Origin: Mobula birostris
Taxonomy: Eukaryota
Direction: 5' to 3'
Length of the DNA stretch: 64,000 nt
Assembly (NCBI RefSeq): GCF_030028105.1
Contig: NC_092370.1
Location: forward strand, 186,416,005 to 186,480,004
The notes below the pieces were generated by a model that was not told the DNA's origin, did not search any database, and was given only the letters and a program-made list of their open reading frames with translations. Shown in pieces: positions 61,427-64,000 of this stretch (positions within the stretch are counted from its first letter, which is position 1; every line of letters begins with the position of its first letter). The translations under genes and the position numbers were made by a program.

Positions 61427-62012
61427 CAGACATCCCACCTCTCCCGGAAGTTCTGGGAGTCTCCCGCATATGAATAGTGGCTCCCTGATGCCCGCAAATT
61501 ATATACAATATCATGGAAATCAAATTTTTTGAGAGCACGAGAGAGAAAGCAAGCGAGAGCGCGAGAGAAAGAAAGCAAGCGAGAGAGAGAGCGTGAGAGA
61601 ACAAGAGAGAAAGCAACCAAGAGAGAGCACGAGAGCAAGCAAGCGAGAGCGCGAGAGAGAGCGAGAGCGCGCCATGGCAGAGTGTTCCAAAAAAATATAA
61701 AACGTACATCGCCCCAGACTACACTAAAGTGTATCCCTGCCTAATAGGGGTCAAAAATAATGACAGTATTGCTCGCTGCACTGTTTGCAACAGTGACTTT
61801 TCTATTGCCCATGGTGGGTTAAGACTGTAGAAGACATGTTGAGGTGAGTTTAACAGGTGTCATTCGTTCATTAGCATAGCTAACATTATTTAAACTAGCT
61901 GGCTAGCTGCTAAGGAGCTACTCTATTGCAGACATCCCACCTCTCCCGGAAGTCTCCCGCAAATTGATGGTGCTACCTCCCTGAAGTGAGTTTTTGCAGG
62001 GTGGGATGTCTG
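61427..62012 (+). mobile_element. Non-autonomous hAT-like DNA transposon with BED-finger exon remnant
   Basis: TIR CAGACATCCCACC...GGTGGGATGTCTG, 6-bp TSD AAAATG (61421-61426, 62013-62018), and peptide ARCTVCNSDFSIAHGG..DCRRHVE followed by GTGAGT. Confidence 0.85.
61530..61672. repeat. GA/GAGC-rich simple repeat inside the hAT-like element
   Basis: Directly visible; it produces the spurious SL/RE-rich ORFs. Confidence 0.95.
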
Positions 62013-62494
62013 AAAATGAGAAGGAGCTTCTAGCTACCTCATCCTGTCCTCCCATCTTAGCTACTTTGCATTGGCTTTCTGTGTCTTTTAGAATTGATTT
62101 TGAAGTTCTCTTACTTGTTTTTAATGCTCTTGATGGTACATCATAGTATCACATTTGTTTTATGATCCTGCTCAAGCTCTCAGGTCTTCTTCCACCAGTT
62201 TCTTAAATTTAAACAATCTCCCTTGAAAGATAATTGGCTGGTCAGTTTTTTTGAACTATGCTCCTAAACCGTAGAATTCAGTGCCTAAAACTATAAAAGA
62301 TGCAGACTCAATTGACTCTTTTAAACATAAGCTCAGTACCTACATATTGATGTTGCTTTTAACTAACGTTGTATTATCTCTTATTTTCATGTTTATTTTC
62401 ACATTTGCTCATTTTCCCATTGTAAAGCACTTTGATTTGCAAATCTGTATGTGAAGTGTTCTATAAATAGGCTATGATAATTAGTTTTCAGCTG

Positions 62495-62650
62495 CTTTGA
62501 TTCACTCCAGACAACATCCCAAAACTAGGTGAGCCTCTAGTGAAGTTCTTCCAGTATGATTACTACATGGACATCTATCTGATAATGTGAAAATATACCC
62601 AGGTACATCTTATTTGCGGAAGGCAACAAATATGCAATCCTACTAGTTAA
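62495..62650 (+). mobile_element. Short degraded fragment of the CR1-group family seen at 21380-24205
   Basis: PDNIP...EPLVKFFQY...IYLIM*KYTQV. Confidence 0.55.
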
Positions 62651-63214
62651 TACTCATTAACGGAGTGAGGAAACGTAGTCTCTAAGCAGGTACTACTGTA
62701 CTGCAAGGTTGGAAATCCATCAGCCCAGTCCCAGGACATCACAACAGGGGCAACCCAACTATATTCAAGTGCTTCATCAATGCCCATCTTTCTGTAGAAG
62801 AGAGCATTAATGATTGGAGTGCTCACATCCACAGGAGTAATTAGAGGCACCAATAGCAGTAGAAATCTTTAACTTTGTAGGAGTATTAGAAGACTGCATA
62901 TTTTGGAAATTAGTGAACAGTAGTTCAAGTGCAACACCTAGTATAAAGCTTTGGTCCATCTGATTGACCTTGTTTTTATAAAGCCACCCACTCCAATCAT
63001 TCCTGAGTAAATGAATTAATTTTCAAAGGTATACAGAAATTTCCACCTTTGATTGAAGTAGGCTTTCAAAAGTTGAAACTGAACTTTCAAAGTAGATAAG
63101 TATTATTTTTTTAAGAGGATGAAATTTCATGAATGTTGATTGGTCATCATATGGCCACAATGCAGTTTTTACCTGGATTAAAGATGTCTTTTATAAAGAA
63201 CAATCTGCTATTCG

Positions 63215-63820
63215 ATATGGTGTTTGGCATCTGTCTGTCTTGAAGGACAATGGGTGATAAGCATCATCCTGACAAGCTTGGGCAGAAAGTATGGAGCTCC
63301 TGCGATGCTCAGTCATCAAGATCCCCCTCTCGGCCTCACCCAGTGTAGTCCAAAGGAAAGCTTATGAAACAATACGTTTGATACCAGCTTGGCTGCAGGA
63401 GCTGCTGAAAGGATGTTCAATGACTTCCTGCCTCTTTGGATTTGCTGCCTGGGGTTACTCCCAGAGCCTTCATCTCTCCCGAAGCTGTCCACAAGGCAAT
63501 GGGGCTATTTACTGATAGCTGGGGATCCGGTTCATGAGCACCAGGGCATGTCCACACACCGGTTGGCCTGCATGCTACGTGTGCAGGGACCAGACCTCCA
63601 TCCCTGCCTCTGTAGTTCAGCCTGCGTCCAAAAAGAGTTCAGTTTCCTTGTGTTGCCAGTGAAGAAGCACTACATGAGGCTTGCTGTTGGAGAAGTTATG
63701 TACTGGCAGGGAGAGACTTAAACATTCAGCGCTCTTTTTAGCAAGACTACTAGCCAGCGGTCAAAGCTGAAAGTGAGAGCGACAAGCACTACTCACTCCA
63801 TTACCACGCTAGACGCATCA
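63215..63820 (-). mobile_element. Probable RTE-related non-autonomous retroelement
   Basis: GC-rich block. Its minus-strand end CATTGTCCTTCAAGACAGACAGATGCCA resembles RTE-type tails, including the SINE tails in this window. Confidence 0.5.
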
Positions 63821-64000
63821 CAACATCCATTTTGACACCAGCTATTTGATATATTTTAGATTAAAACATACAGGTCATATAATTTATAAACAATTCACCT
63901 TGTAATTTATAAAGTAACAATGCTAAGATAAATCAGATTGTAAATTATTAAAATACAAAAGCAACTGAAAAATTATTAAATATGTAACAGATTTAATTTT

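Larger units (their letters stand above)
57240..62470 (+). mobile_element. L2-clade LINE ORF2 (endonuclease, RT, 3' tail), disrupted, host to four nested elements
   Basis: Endonuclease ORF 57286-57531 (FLSEF...DNFNI...LTQHVTEPTH), ORF 58469-58867 (AERKWRKT), RT ORF 59489-59830 (TETAL...LDLNAAFDTIDH...GVAQGSCFGPLLFSLY), SYADGTQ near 60990, RLNYCNALS near 61345, and tail TGTAAAGCACTTTG...CTATAAAT. Confidence 0.93.

Noticed and set aside
61378-61744. SL-rich and RE-rich ORFs
   Set aside because: They are translations of the GA-rich simple repeat.
1-64000. Prokaryotic systems (CRISPR arrays, operons, retrons, rRNA)
   Set aside because: No repeat-spacer arrays, dense coding or rRNA-like sequence; all RT motifs belong to eukaryotic retrotransposons.

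Overview
This window is vertebrate nuclear DNA: AT-rich, CpG-poor and dominated by decayed transposable elements. The repeat repertoire (CR1/HER1-type LINEs, HE1-like V-SINEs, a SacSINE/Deu-like SINE, Neptune-type Penelope elements, Rex1/Babar LINEs) points to a cartilaginous fish, probably a ray or skate; this is an inference. No intact multi-exon gene is visible. The ORFs I could assign are broken transposon coding sequence or its antisense shadow, and the rest resemble nothing I recognise. The window may be intronic, because there are two candidate + strand cassette exons: a 9-nt microexon with SRRM4-type signals at 7618-7626 and a 54-nt exon at 27731-27784. The most unusual items are (1) a 5'-truncated endogenous retrovirus (gamma-type env, PPT and 3' LTR) flanked by a 64-bp direct duplication instead of a 4-6 bp TSD, (2) minimal hammerhead ribozyme motifs in two different Penelope families, (3) an R4/Dong-clade LINE inserted in an (AAT)n tract, (4) a hAT-like element with a 6-bp TSD and an internal mini-element, and (5) an L2 LINE carrying four nested insertions. 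Family names come from motif recognition by eye, not database searches. Boundaries without a stated TSD are approximate.
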